From: an uncultured Planctomycetota bacterium
GTDB lineage: Bacteria > Planctomycetota > Planctomycetia > Isosphaerales > Isosphaeraceae
Direction: 5' to 3'
Length of the DNA: 64,000 bases
Assembly: GCA_963737655.1 (NCBI GenBank)
Contig: CAVTTN010000002.1
Location: 7,488,001 to 7,552,000 of the forward strand
Part shown: piece after piece, positions 30,051 through 39,500 of the stretch
Position numbering within the stretch: position 1 is the stretch's first letter
How the letters are laid out: each line of letters begins with the position of its first letter
Notes under the pieces: model-generated
Told to the model about the DNA's origin: nothing
Seen by the model: only the letters and a program-made list of their open reading frames with translations
Databases searched by the model: none
Program-made: the position numbers and the translations under genes

Positions 30051-31254
30051 GGGCGCGATCCCCCGGTCGGGGGCTCCAGGGGGAGCCGGATCAGGAACGT
30101 CGAGCCGGAGCCCTGGACGCTCCGGGCCGAGAGCGACCCGTGGTGCCTCTCGACGATCTTCCGGCAGATGGCCAGGCCCATGCCCGAGCCTTCGAATTCC
30201 CCCCGGCCGTGGAGCCTCTGGAACATGGTGAAGATCCGCTCGGCGTACTTCTCGTCGAAGCCGATCCCGTTGTCTTCCACGACGATCTCGCAGAGGGGCT
30301 GGGCCGGAAGACCCCCGATTCGGTCAATGTCGCCTCGGCCGAGGCCGGCGGCGGCTCGATCACCCGGGCCGAGACCCGGATCACCGGGGGGACGCCCGGC
30401 CGGTGGAACTTCAGGCCGTTGCCGATCAGGTTCTGCAGCAACTGGCGGACCTGGAGCGGGTCGGCGCGGATCGTCGGCAGGGGGGCGAGCTCGACCCGCC
30501 CGCCGGTCTGCGCGATCCGCCCTTCCAGGTCCTCGACGACCCCGGCCGCCACCTCGTCCAGGCTCACCGAGGAGAACGGCTGGGCCTTGGTCGAGATCTG
30601 CGAATAGGCGAGCAGGTCCTCGATCAGGACCTTCATCCGGGCCGCCGCGTTGACCATCCGCGCGAGGTAGTCGCGCCCGTCATCCCCCAGGGCCGGGCCG
30701 CACCGGGACGTCAGCCGGTCGCCGAACGCCTGGATCTTCCTCAGGGGTTCCTGGAGGTCGTGCGAGGCGACCATGGCGAACTCCCGAAGCTCGCGGTTGC
30801 TCTGCTCCAGCTCTCGGGCGAACATCTGGAGCCGCTCCTCGGCCTTCAGCCGCTCGTCAATCTCTCGGCGAAGCTCCGCGGGGCCCCGGAGCGACAACGC
30901 CTTGGGGATCACCGGGACCAGCGCCACCACCGTCGCCACCGAGATCACGGCCGTGATCGCCTTGAGGAGACCGGCCAGCCGGTACAGCGGCGTGTAGAAG
31001 ACGACCACTTCCATGAAATGCGTGAATCCACACCCAATAATAAACGCACCGAAGAGGACGAACATCCAGGAAAACGGCAAGTCCTGCCTCTTTCTCGCGA
31101 ACGAGACGAGGAGGATCGGGATGGCGACGTAGGCCATCCAGATGGCGGCGTCGGAGGCGTTGTGGAGCTGGACCAGCTCGTCCGACCACCCGCCTCAGTG
31201 CCGTCGGGGCACGAAATCGGAATGATCGAACAGCTTCGCGAAGAATTCACCCAT
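30047..31254 (-). CDS. Sensor histidine kinase with an N-terminal ETR1-type ethylene-binding domain; in-frame TGA at codon 20 and one frameshift at ~30290-30350
   Basis: [45 protein letters not shown]...[37 protein letters not shown]...GSGMGLAIC. Confidence 0.85.
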
Positions 31255-31500
31255 GCGGCTCGCCTCTCACCGGGGTTCCGGCCCGGCCTCGGCGAGGTCC
31301 CGTTCGCGGACCCCCATCCACCATAGTTCAATCGTCGAGCGGAGGATAGGGCCCTGCCGTTCCGGGCCTCGCCGATTCCTCGCCTTTGGATCGGCCAAAG
31401 CACGCCCGATCCGTCTCAAAAATCCCGGACGAATTGGAGACCGCCTCTTCGTCCGCGAGATGCCCCTCCCCGGCTCGTCCCGGATTCCCACGCTCCGCCC

Positions 31501-32013
31501 TCAACCGTCGGTCGCGATCGTCGCCGAGAGCACTGGCGGCTGGCGGAGGGTCTGGAGGACCACGCAGTACCTCTCGGTGAGCTTCAGCAGCGTGGCGAGC
31601 TGGTCGGCGGTCGCCTCCGTCTTCAGGGAGAAGCGTAACCGGATGGACTGGAACCCGACCGGCGCGGTTTTCTCCACGCCCAGGGTGCCCCGGAAGTCCA
31701 GGTCGCCTTCGGCCCAGACGCTCCCGCCCTCCACGGCGATCCCCAGGGCGGTGGCCACGGCCCGGAGCGTCACGCCCGAGCAGGCGGCCAGGGCTTCCAG
31801 GAGCATCTCGCCGGAGCAGGCCCAGGAGCCGTCCCCGCCCGCCGCCGGATGCAGGCCGGCGTCGATCAGGGCCCGGCCGGTCTCGACCCGGCAGGAGATC
31901 CCCTCGGCCCCGAGCTCGCCTCGGGCCCTCATCGTGACCACGGCCGAGGCCGGGTCGTCGCGATACTTCGCCTTGATCGGGGCCTGCAAGGTCCGGATCG
32001 CCTCGGCGTCCAT
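31501..32013 (-). CDS. OsmC family protein
   Basis: [45 protein letters not shown]. Confidence 0.88.
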   Translation of the reverse strand: MDAEAIRTLQAPIKAKYRDDPASAVVTMRARGELGAEGISCRVETGRALIDAGLHPAAGGDGSWACSGEMLLEALAACSGVTLRAVATALGIAVEGGSVWAEGDLDFRGTLGVEKTAPVGFQSIRLRFSLKTEATADQLATLLKLTERYCVVLQTLRQPPVLSATIATDG

Positions 32014-32146
32014 CGAATCCACCTCCTCTCGCGAAGGAAAACGGGGCCGTCGAAGCCTATCCCGACCTGAAGACGTCCGCAATCGGTGGCCGATCGGCCA
32101 CCGGCCGGGTAGGCTGGTGTTTTCGCTCGGCCCGGAGGCGATCGCG

Positions 32147-32848
32147 ATGGACGAATCGAAGAAGGCGGTGGTCTTGCTCAGCGGCGGCCTCGATTCCGCC
32201 ACCGCCCTGGCCGAGGCGATCGCCGAGGGATTCACACCGTTCGCCCTGACGATCCTGTACGGCCAGAGGCACGCCGTGGAGCGCGACGCCGCCCGACGGG
32301 TCGCCCGGTCGATGGGCGTGGCCCGCCACGTCGAGCAGACGATCGACCTCCGCGCCTTCGGCGGCAGCGCCCTGACCGCCGAGATCGACGTCCCGAAGGA
32401 CCGCGACGCCGGCGCCATGGCCTCGGGCATCCCGATCACGTATGTCCCGGCCCGCAACACGGTCTTCCTCGCCCTGGCCCTGGCCTGGGCCGAGTCCCTC
32501 GGCGCGTTCGACCTGTTCGTCGGCGTGAATTGCGTCGATTATTCCGGCTATCCGGACTGCCGGCCCGAGTACCTCGCCGCGTTCGAGACCATGGCGAACC
32601 TGGCCACGAAGGCCGGCGTCGAGGGCTCGGGCCGATTTCGCATCCACGCCCCGTTGATCCGCATGAGCAAGGTGGAGATCATCCGCAGGGGCCGCGAGCT
32701 CGGCGTCGATTACGGATCGACCCACAGTTGCTACGACCCCGACCCGCAAGGCCGGGCCTGCGGACGGTGCGACTCCTGCCGGCTGAGGCTCGACGCCTTC
32801 GCCGCCCTCGGACTCGACGACCCGGCCCCTTATGCCACGACCGCCTGA
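32147..32848 (+). CDS. queC: 7-cyano-7-deazaguanine synthase
   Basis: [32 protein letters not shown]...CGRCDSC. Confidence 0.96.
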   Translation: MDESKKAVVLLSGGLDSATALAEAIAEGFTPFALTILYGQRHAVERDAARRVARSMGVARHVEQTIDLRAFGGSALTAEIDVPKDRDAGAMASGIPITYVPARNTVFLALALAWAESLGAFDLFVGVNCVDYSGYPDCRPEYLAAFETMANLATKAGVEGSGRFRIHAPLIRMSKVEIIRRGRELGVDYGSTHSCYDPDPQGRACGRCDSCRLRLDAFAALGLDDPAPYATTA

Positions 32849-32890
32849 ACGCGTCCGCGTGCCCTCCTTCACCCGCTTCGAGACATCCTG

Positions 32891-33793
32891 ATGCGACTCT
32901 CCCATCGCCTCCGGGGCCTGTTCCCGCCTCTGCCCACGCCGTTCACCCGCGACGAATCGATCGACGTCCCGGCGCTCTCGCGGTTCGTGGATTTCCAGGT
33001 CGAGGCCGGGGTCCACGGCCTGTGGGTCCTCGGCACGACCGCGAGGTTCGACCAGGTCACCGAGGCCGACGCCCGCCTCGTCGCCGAGACGGTCCTGGAC
33101 GCGAATCGGTCGCGGCTCCCGACCGTCCTGAACGTCTCGGACCTCGGCACGAGGCGGACCCTCTTCCGCGCCCGATCGTTCGACGACCTCGCGTTCGACT
33201 ATTACGCCGCCCTCCCGCCCTGGTATCAGCCGATGAGCCCGGCCGAGGTCGGCGACTACTTCCGAAGCCTGGCCGACGGCCTGACTCGCCCGCTGGTCAT
33301 CTACAACGCCCCGTGGGTCTGCAATCAGCTCGCGTTCGACGACCTTCGCCGACTGGCCGAGCACCCGAGGATCGTCGGCGTGAAGGACGTCTCCCCGAGC
33401 CTCTTCCGCACCGTCGACTGGCCGAAGGAGGCCCGCGAGGCCCTGGATTTCCGCTACCTCCATGGCAACGATTTGCTCGCCACCTCGATCGACCTCGGCG
33501 CCGACGGCTTCGTCTCGGCCCTGGGCAACGTGTTTCCCGAAGTGGCCGTGGCGACCTGGGACGCGATGGAACGCAACGACCTGGCGGCGGCCTTCCGCCT
33601 GCAAAGCCAGTTCACCCGGCTCGGCCGGGCGATGAACCTCGGACCCACGCTCGCCTGCCTCGAAGCCGCCGGACGCCATCGCGGCCTCTTCGACCGGATG
33701 CTCCCGAGCCCGTATCGATCGCTCGACCCCGAAAAAGCCGGGAGGGTCATCGAGGCGATCGAATCCGTCGGGATCCTCCCCTCCGAGGCGTGA
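32891..33793 (+). CDS. Dihydrodipicolinate synthase / class I aldolase family protein
   Basis: LPTPFTRDESID, GLWVLGTT, IYNAP, IVGVKD (Schiff-base Lys), GADGFVS. Confidence 0.85.
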   Translation: MRLSHRLRGLFPPLPTPFTRDESIDVPALSRFVDFQVEAGVHGLWVLGTTARFDQVTEADARLVAETVLDANRSRLPTVLNVSDLGTRRTLFRARSFDDLAFDYYAALPPWYQPMSPAEVGDYFRSLADGLTRPLVIYNAPWVCNQLAFDDLRRLAEHPRIVGVKDVSPSLFRTVDWPKEAREALDFRYLHGNDLLATSIDLGADGFVSALGNVFPEVAVATWDAMERNDLAAAFRLQSQFTRLGRAMNLGPTLACLEAAGRHRGLFDRMLPSPYRSLDPEKAGRVIEAIESVGILPSEA

Positions 33794-33890
33794 TTCCGCC
33801 CCGCCGGGCGAGGCGAAGCGGACTCGAAATCGGGGGCGACAATGCCGATTGGATTTGCTAGAGTCTCGCCTCGCTGGAGACGGGCCCCGG

Positions 33891-34754
33891 ATGGCCCGGC
33901 TCTCCGGCGGATCGGACCCCGCCAGTCCGCCCGTCAGGTCCCATCGAGGAGAGTCAGGGCATGGAGGCCGTCCCCATCGACCGGGCCGAGGCCGGCGCGC
34001 CCTCGCGTTGGCCGTCCTGGCCCTCTTCCCCGGCCTGGCCCGGGGCGCGTCGTACCAGACCCCGAATTTCCGGGTCGAGGCCCCGTCGGCCGAGGCCGCG
34101 AAGCTCGTCGGCGACCGCGCCGAGAGCTGCCGGAAATCGCTGGCCATCGCCTGGCTGGGCCACGAGCTGCCGGACTGGGCCTCGCGATGCCCGATCCGCG
34201 TGAAGATCACCGGCGGAGAGGCCGGCGGCGTCACGAATTTCGGCTTCGCCCGCGGACGGGTGACCGATCAGGAGATCGAGATCGAAGGACGGCTTGACCG
34301 CATCCTCGCCTCGGCCCTGCCCCACGAGGTCACCCACACGGTCTTCGCCGCGTATCTCGGCGAGCCGATGCCGAGATGGGCGGATGAGGGCGGTTCGCTC
34401 CTCAGCGAGGACGATCGCGAGTTTCGCCGTCACGACCGGATCGTGATCGACCTCCTCGCCCGCAAGGGCGATTACCCGCTCGGCCGACTGTTCGTGATCG
34501 AAGATTACCCGAGCGACCTCATGGGCTTCTACGGCCAGGGCTATTCGGTCTCGCGGTTCCTCGTCGAGATGGGCGGGCGTCCCAGGTTCCTCCAGTTCGT
34601 CAAGGACGGCATGAAAAAAGGCTGGGACGGCGCCGCCAAGGCCCACTACAACCTCGCCGATTGCCGGGAGCTCGACCGAGCCTGGCGATCCTGGCACAAG
34701 GTGATCGCCCACGGGCCGGCCTCCGGCGACGCGGTGGCCGTCCACGCGCCGTAG
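33891..34754 (+). CDS. Secreted zinc metallopeptidase-like protein (peptidase MA / gluzincin)
   Basis: LPHEVTHTV (HExxH), PRWADEG, FYGQGYS; signal-like hydrophobic stretch. Confidence 0.78.
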   Translation: MARLSGGSDPASPPVRSHRGESGHGGRPHRPGRGRRALALAVLALFPGLARGASYQTPNFRVEAPSAEAAKLVGDRAESCRKSLAIAWLGHELPDWASRCPIRVKITGGEAGGVTNFGFARGRVTDQEIEIEGRLDRILASALPHEVTHTVFAAYLGEPMPRWADEGGSLLSEDDREFRRHDRIVIDLLARKGDYPLGRLFVIEDYPSDLMGFYGQGYSVSRFLVEMGGRPRFLQFVKDGMKKGWDGAAKAHYNLADCRELDRAWRSWHKVIAHGPASGDAVAVHAP

Positions 34755-34771
34755 GGTGCATTTGATGTGGC

Positions 34772-36427
34772 CTACTCCACGTAATTTTTCGAGAACCCCA
34801 TCTCCTCGGGGGCGTGGAGTCGGAGCATCTTCAGGTCGACGTCGCTCGGGACGCTCTGCCTCGTGGCCATCGACCCGAGGAACATGATCCCCAACGACAG
34901 CGGCACGCCCCAGATCGCGGGCTGCTCCATCAGCGATCGCGCCAGGGGACCCGGGTCGATCGTGAGGATCTTCTTGTCGAGGAGCATCGAGCAGACGATC
35001 GCCCCGAGCGACAGGATTCCGCCGGTCAGCATCCCCGCCCCCGCGCCGAACTTCGTCAAGCCTCGCCACCACGAGCCGAGCAAGAGCAGCGGGAAGTACG
35101 AGGCCGCGGCGATCGCGAACGCCCAGCCGACCATCATGGCGATGTCGAACGACTCGACCAGGAACCCCAGGCCCATCGACGCCGCGCCGATCAGCACGGC
35201 CGAGAGCTTGAACGCGAGCATCCGAGACGCCGGGCTCGCCCCCGGCCTCAGGATCTTCCCATAGATGTCGTGGGCCAAAGCGACCGACATGCTCACGAGA
35301 AGCCCCGAGAACGTGGACATGAACGCGGCGAACGCCCCGGCGCTGGTGATCGCGCTGAGGATCTGACCGACCAGCGGGTTCGTCAGCTTCATCGGCAAGG
35401 AGATCACCACGCGATCGGTCGTCCCGTTGACATAAAGTGAGGGCTCGACCAGCCTCCCCAGCGTCCCCCAGATCGGCGGGAAGACATAGAACGCCCCGAG
35501 CATGACCATCACCCAGAGCGTGGTTCGCTTGGCGGCGCGGCCGTCGGGATTCGTGTAGAACCTCACGAGGATGTGCGGCAAGCCGGCCGTCCCGCAGATC
35601 AGGGCGATGATCAGCGAGTAGGTATACAAGAGCGGATGTCCGTGTTTCGAGGACATCGGCCCGAACGGATGAATCCACCGGGAATTTGCCGGGACCTTCG
35701 GGGCGGGCGAGGCTGGGGCGGCCACCACGTGCGGCCCTCCGACGGGAACCGCCTGGGTCGCAACCGGCACGCCCGTCGGGTCGGCCGCGATCTTCGCCAG
35801 GTTCCCCGGGTAGTGGCCGAACACGCTGGCGATCACGAACACGGGCGCGGAGATCGCGAAGATCTTGGCCCAGTACTGGAACGCCTGGACGAATGTGATC
35901 CCCTTCATCCCGCCGAACGCCACGTTGAACGTGATCACCACGCCCACCACCACGATCCCCGCCCAGAACGGCCATCCCAGGATCGCCGCCATCGTCACCC
36001 CGGCGCCTTTCATCTGCGGCATCGTGTAGAAGAAGCCGATGCAGAGGACGAACGACACGGCCACCTTGCGGAAATTGGGGCTGTCGAACCGGCCTTCGGC
36101 GAAGTCGGGGATCGTGTAGGCCCCGAACCTCCTGAGCGGCCCGGCGATGAACAGGAGGAGGAAGAGGTATCCCGCCGCGTAGCAGGCCGGATACCACAGG
36201 GCGTCATATCCATTCTTCATCAAGAGGCCGGCGATCCCCATGAACGAGGCGGCGGAGAGGTATTCGCCCGAGATCGCCGAGGCGTTCCAGAAGACGCTGA
36301 CCGAGCGGCCGGCGACGAAGAAATCCGAAGCGGTTTTCGCCTTGCGAGTGGCCCAGAGGCCCAGGCCGATCGTCGCGGCGGTCATGAGGAACACGCCGAG
36401 GACCGGAATCCACGAAAACGGCGTCAT
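34772..36427 (-). CDS. Sodium:solute symporter, cation/acetate symporter ActP-like
   Basis: ASDFFVAGR, NASAISGEYLSAASFMG, YTIPDF, GGMKGIT, GTAGLPHILVRFYT. Confidence 0.9.
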   Translation of the reverse strand: MTPFSWIPVLGVFLMTAATIGLGLWATRKAKTASDFFVAGRSVSVFWNASAISGEYLSAASFMGIAGLLMKNGYDALWYPACYAAGYLFLLLFIAGPLRRFGAYTIPDFAEGRFDSPNFRKVAVSFVLCIGFFYTMPQMKGAGVTMAAILGWPFWAGIVVVGVVITFNVAFGGMKGITFVQAFQYWAKIFAISAPVFVIASVFGHYPGNLAKIAADPTGVPVATQAVPVGGPHVVAAPASPAPKVPANSRWIHPFGPMSSKHGHPLLYTYSLIIALICGTAGLPHILVRFYTNPDGRAAKRTTLWVMVMLGAFYVFPPIWGTLGRLVEPSLYVNGTTDRVVISLPMKLTNPLVGQILSAITSAGAFAAFMSTFSGLLVSMSVALAHDIYGKILRPGASPASRMLAFKLSAVLIGAASMGLGFLVESFDIAMMVGWAFAIAAASYFPLLLLGSWWRGLTKFGAGAGMLTGGILSLGAIVCSMLLDKKILTIDPGPLARSLMEQPAIWGVPLSLGIMFLGSMATRQSVPSDVDLKMLRLHAPEEMGFSKNYVE

Positions 36428-36699
36428 CGGCCCACCTCGTCGCCGCTTGGCGCCGCTTCGGACCGGATCGCGTCCTCGATCGCGTCCGATGCGCGGACGA
36501 AATAGACCGAAAGCGCGACGGTGATCGGATAGAACAGGACGCCGAGGAACAACCAGCTCGCCGGGAAGCCGAAGATCGACGCATCGGCGACCGTCGGCAG
36601 GAAGCGATTGACCAGGGGGAGGCCGAGGATCATCGCCAGGAACACCGAGGCGACCCGGAGGCTCAGCGAGGCTTGCCTCCGCATCACCCGGCGAGACAA
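36424..36699 (-). CDS. DUF485 (YjcH-like) small membrane partner of the symporter; start uncertain
   Basis: Two TM helices; overlaps the symporter start; usual gene pairing. Confidence 0.7.
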   Translation of the reverse strand: MSRRVMRRQASLSLRVASVFLAMILGLPLVNRFLPTVADASIFGFPASWLFLGVLFYPITVALSVYFVRASDAIEDAIRSEAAPSGDEVGR

Positions 36700-36849
36700 C
36701 TGGGCGAGCTCGGCCCGGTCGGCACCGATCGGGGCATGGGATCATTCCGGGAGGAGGAGCGGCGACGGTCGATCGGAGCGATACTCTAGGCGTCGCCGAC
36801 CGTCTCCGCAAGCGGCCCCCGGCCCCGATCCCCCCGACGCCCGATCGCC

Positions 36850-38234
36850 TCAGGCCCGGGCGCCCTCCGCCAGCCCGGCCGCCGAGGGTTCGGCCAAGGC
36901 GGCCCTCGACCGAACGATCATCGGCAGGCCGAACTCGGGGCGGAGCGTCATCGTGGGGAGCGCCCTCACGTTCGCGTCCGGCGCGAGCTCCAGCCGGTAT
37001 TTCCTCGCGATGGTGGCCAGGACCAGGGCCATTTCCATCAACGCGAAGTCCTTGCCGATGCAGACCCTCGGGCCTCCGCCGAACGGGAAGTAGGCATATC
37101 TCGGGATTTTCCGGGCGAGGCCGCCCTCCCAGCGCTCGGGGCGGAACGTATCGGGGTCGTCGAACCATCGGGGGTCGCGGTGGACGAGCCATTGCGACAT
37201 GTAGACCGTCCAGCCCTTGGGCACGTTCACGCCCGCGACCGTCGTGGACACGATCGCCTCCCGGCCGATCAGCCAGACGGTCGAATCGACCCGCAGGGTC
37301 TCGGCGATCACGTTCTCGGTATAGGGCAATCTGGGGAGGTCGGCGATCGTCGGGGCCCGGCCTCCGAGGACCGAGTCGATCTCGGCGAGCATCTTCGCCT
37401 CGACCTCCGGGTGGCCGGCGAGCCGGTGGGCGACCCAGGCCAGGGTGTTGGCCGTCGTCTCGTGGCCGGCCATGAAGAGCGTCATGACCTCGTCGCGCAA
37501 TTGCCGGTCGGACATGCCGCCGTCTTCATCGGTGGCGTGGAGGAGCATCGACAGCAGGTCGCCCCGGCCCTCGCCGGACTTCCGCCTCTCGGCGATCATC
37601 CGGAAGACGATCGAGTCGAGCCGGCGGATGGCCTCTCGGAGGCGGCGGTTGGCCGGCGTGGGGAGCCATTCGGGGATCGGGACGATCCGGCCGATCTTGG
37701 CGGTGAAGGCGCGGAGGACGGTCTCCATCGCCTCGCTCGCCCCGGCGCTCTCGCCGCGGACCTCGGCGCCGAAGAGGGCCTTGGCGGCGATCCCCAGGGT
37801 CAGTTTCATGAACTCTTCCTGGGCGTCGATGCGCTGGTCGGGGCCCAGCCGTCGATCATGGCCTCGGCGAACTCGACCATCATCGCGGCCTGGGCGGCGA
37901 CCTTCTCGCGGGCGAACGCCGGCTGGGCGAGCTTCCTCTGCCGCCTCCAGAAGTCCCCTTCGCTGGTCAGGAGGCCCCGGCCGAGGGTCGATTTCGTCCT
38001 CTTCAATGCGAAATGCTTGATGAAATCCTTATTCTTGGTGACGAGCACCTCTTCGATCGCGTCGGGGTGGCTCACCACCAGGATTCGCCTCGGCCCCAGG
38101 CGGATCTGGAAGACGTCTCCATATTTGTGAAAGCATTCGGTGAGGAACGTGAGGCGGCCGGAGACGAACTGGCCGAGATTCCCCTTGAGCCAGTGGCCTC
38201 CCGGTCCGGGCGCGAGACGGGCATCGGTGATCAT
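36850..38234 (-). CDS. Cytochrome P450 (frameshift at ~37845)
   Basis: GLLTSEGDFWRRQRK, AGHETTA, ETLR, HRDPRWF, FRPERW, FPFGGGPRVCIG. Confidence 0.93.
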
Positions 38235-38282
38235 CGCGGAATCCCTTCATTCCTTGCGTCGCGGAGGCGGATCGGGCCCGAG

Positions 38283-39500
38283 CTATCCGGGCGTCCCGTC
38301 CGAGGCGGTCGGCTCGGGGTCGAGCAGGACGACGTCCCGGCCGTCGAAGACGGCGTCGTCGGCGTCGGCGTCGATCGGGAGGCTGTGGATCCAGGAGTTC
38401 CAGCCGAGGATCGGCCCGGCCTCGCCCTCCTCGGGCAGGCGGCATTCGGGGACCTCGTCGGCCCGGAGGATCAGTTGGACCTCGAAATCCAGCTCGGGGC
38501 CGACGTAGAGCCTCGTCAGGTGGGAGAGCAGGAAGAACCCCTTGCGGTAGGGGACGGGGGTCGGATCGGGCAGCAGCCGGATGAACTGGCCGTAATTCAG
38601 GGGGCCGAGCCTCAGGCGGACCTTGCCCTGGACGTCCCACACGCGATCCCCGGCCACGGCCCCGACGCCCAGCTGGGCCGAGATCGTCGGCTCGCCGACC
38701 CGGGTGCGCACCTCGGGTTCGAGGGCCAGCCACTGGCCCTGGAACTGGTGGACCTCGACCGGGAGGCCGAAGAAGTCGTTGAGGATGGCTTCCAGCCCGG
38801 CGGCCGACCGCGGCCGGTGGGACAGGAGGCCCGAGTAATAGACCAGCGCGAGGTCATCCACCCGGGCGAGGGTCTCGAAGGAGAGCCGACCGGCATCGTC
38901 CCTCGGCGCGAGGACCTTGAGGCGGTTCCTCAGCGAGGGCATCCCCACGCCGACGAGGCTGAGGACCGCCTTGACGATGTCGTCGGGCTCGGAGCGGCCG
39001 GCGGTCCTCTTCTCGAACTGGATCGCCGGCCGGTACTTGGCGAAGGCGCGATAGAACAGCGAGGTCAGCCGGTGGTTGAACAGGTCGAGCCATTCGCGCA
39101 AGGCCCGGCGCTCGGCCGACTTGCTCTCGCGCTCCAGGCGGATCACGAGCTCGGTGAAGTGCCGGGGGAGGACGCCCGACGGCCCGATCAGCCCGAGGAA
39201 CGCCTGGGTGACGATCGGCGACGGCTTCTCGCTGGTGGGCCGTTCGATCGTATAGATCGAGCTGGGCGGGAACGTCAGCGAGGGGATCGAGCGAAACCGA
39301 GCGGCCTCCGATTTGGGAGGCCCCGCGTGGCCGACCGGGGCCTTCATCGGGTCCAGCAACTGGAGGAGCCGGACGGCCTGGAAGAAGTCGAAATGCGAGC
39401 CGGAGTCGAACAGCCGTTGCTCGACGGTGGGCTTCTTCCGCCTCGATGCCGAGGAGGAGGCGGTCAGATCAGGGGCTGTTCGCCCGCCCGAGGCGCCCAT
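38283..39500 (-). CDS. tssG: Type VI secretion baseplate subunit TssG
   Basis: FDFFQAVRLL, FLGLIGPSGVLP, LDLFNHRL..LFYRA, PRSAAGLEAIL, LGWNSW. Confidence 0.92.
   Translation of the reverse strand: MGASGGRTAPDLTASSSASRRKKPTVEQRLFDSGSHFDFFQAVRLLQLLDPMKAPVGHAGPPKSEAARFRSIPSLTFPPSSIYTIERPTSEKPSPIVTQAFLGLIGPSGVLPRHFTELVIRLERESKSAERRALREWLDLFNHRLTSLFYRAFAKYRPAIQFEKRTAGRSEPDDIVKAVLSLVGVGMPSLRNRLKVLAPRDDAGRLSFETLARVDDLALVYYSGLLSHRPRSAAGLEAILNDFFGLPVEVHQFQGQWLALEPEVRTRVGEPTISAQLGVGAVAGDRVWDVQGKVRLRLGPLNYGQFIRLLPDPTPVPYRKGFFLLSHLTRLYVGPELDFEVQLILRADEVPECRLPEEGEAGPILGWNSWIHSLPIDADADDAVFDGRDVVLLDPEPTASDGTPG

Noticed and set aside
32014..32146. preQ1 riboswitch upstream of queC
   Set aside because: No short stem-loop with an A-rich tail typical of preQ1-I is visible
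32891..33793. Calling this gene dapA
   Set aside because: The GTTGE motif is altered to GTTAR and there is no lysine-pathway context; only the family is supported
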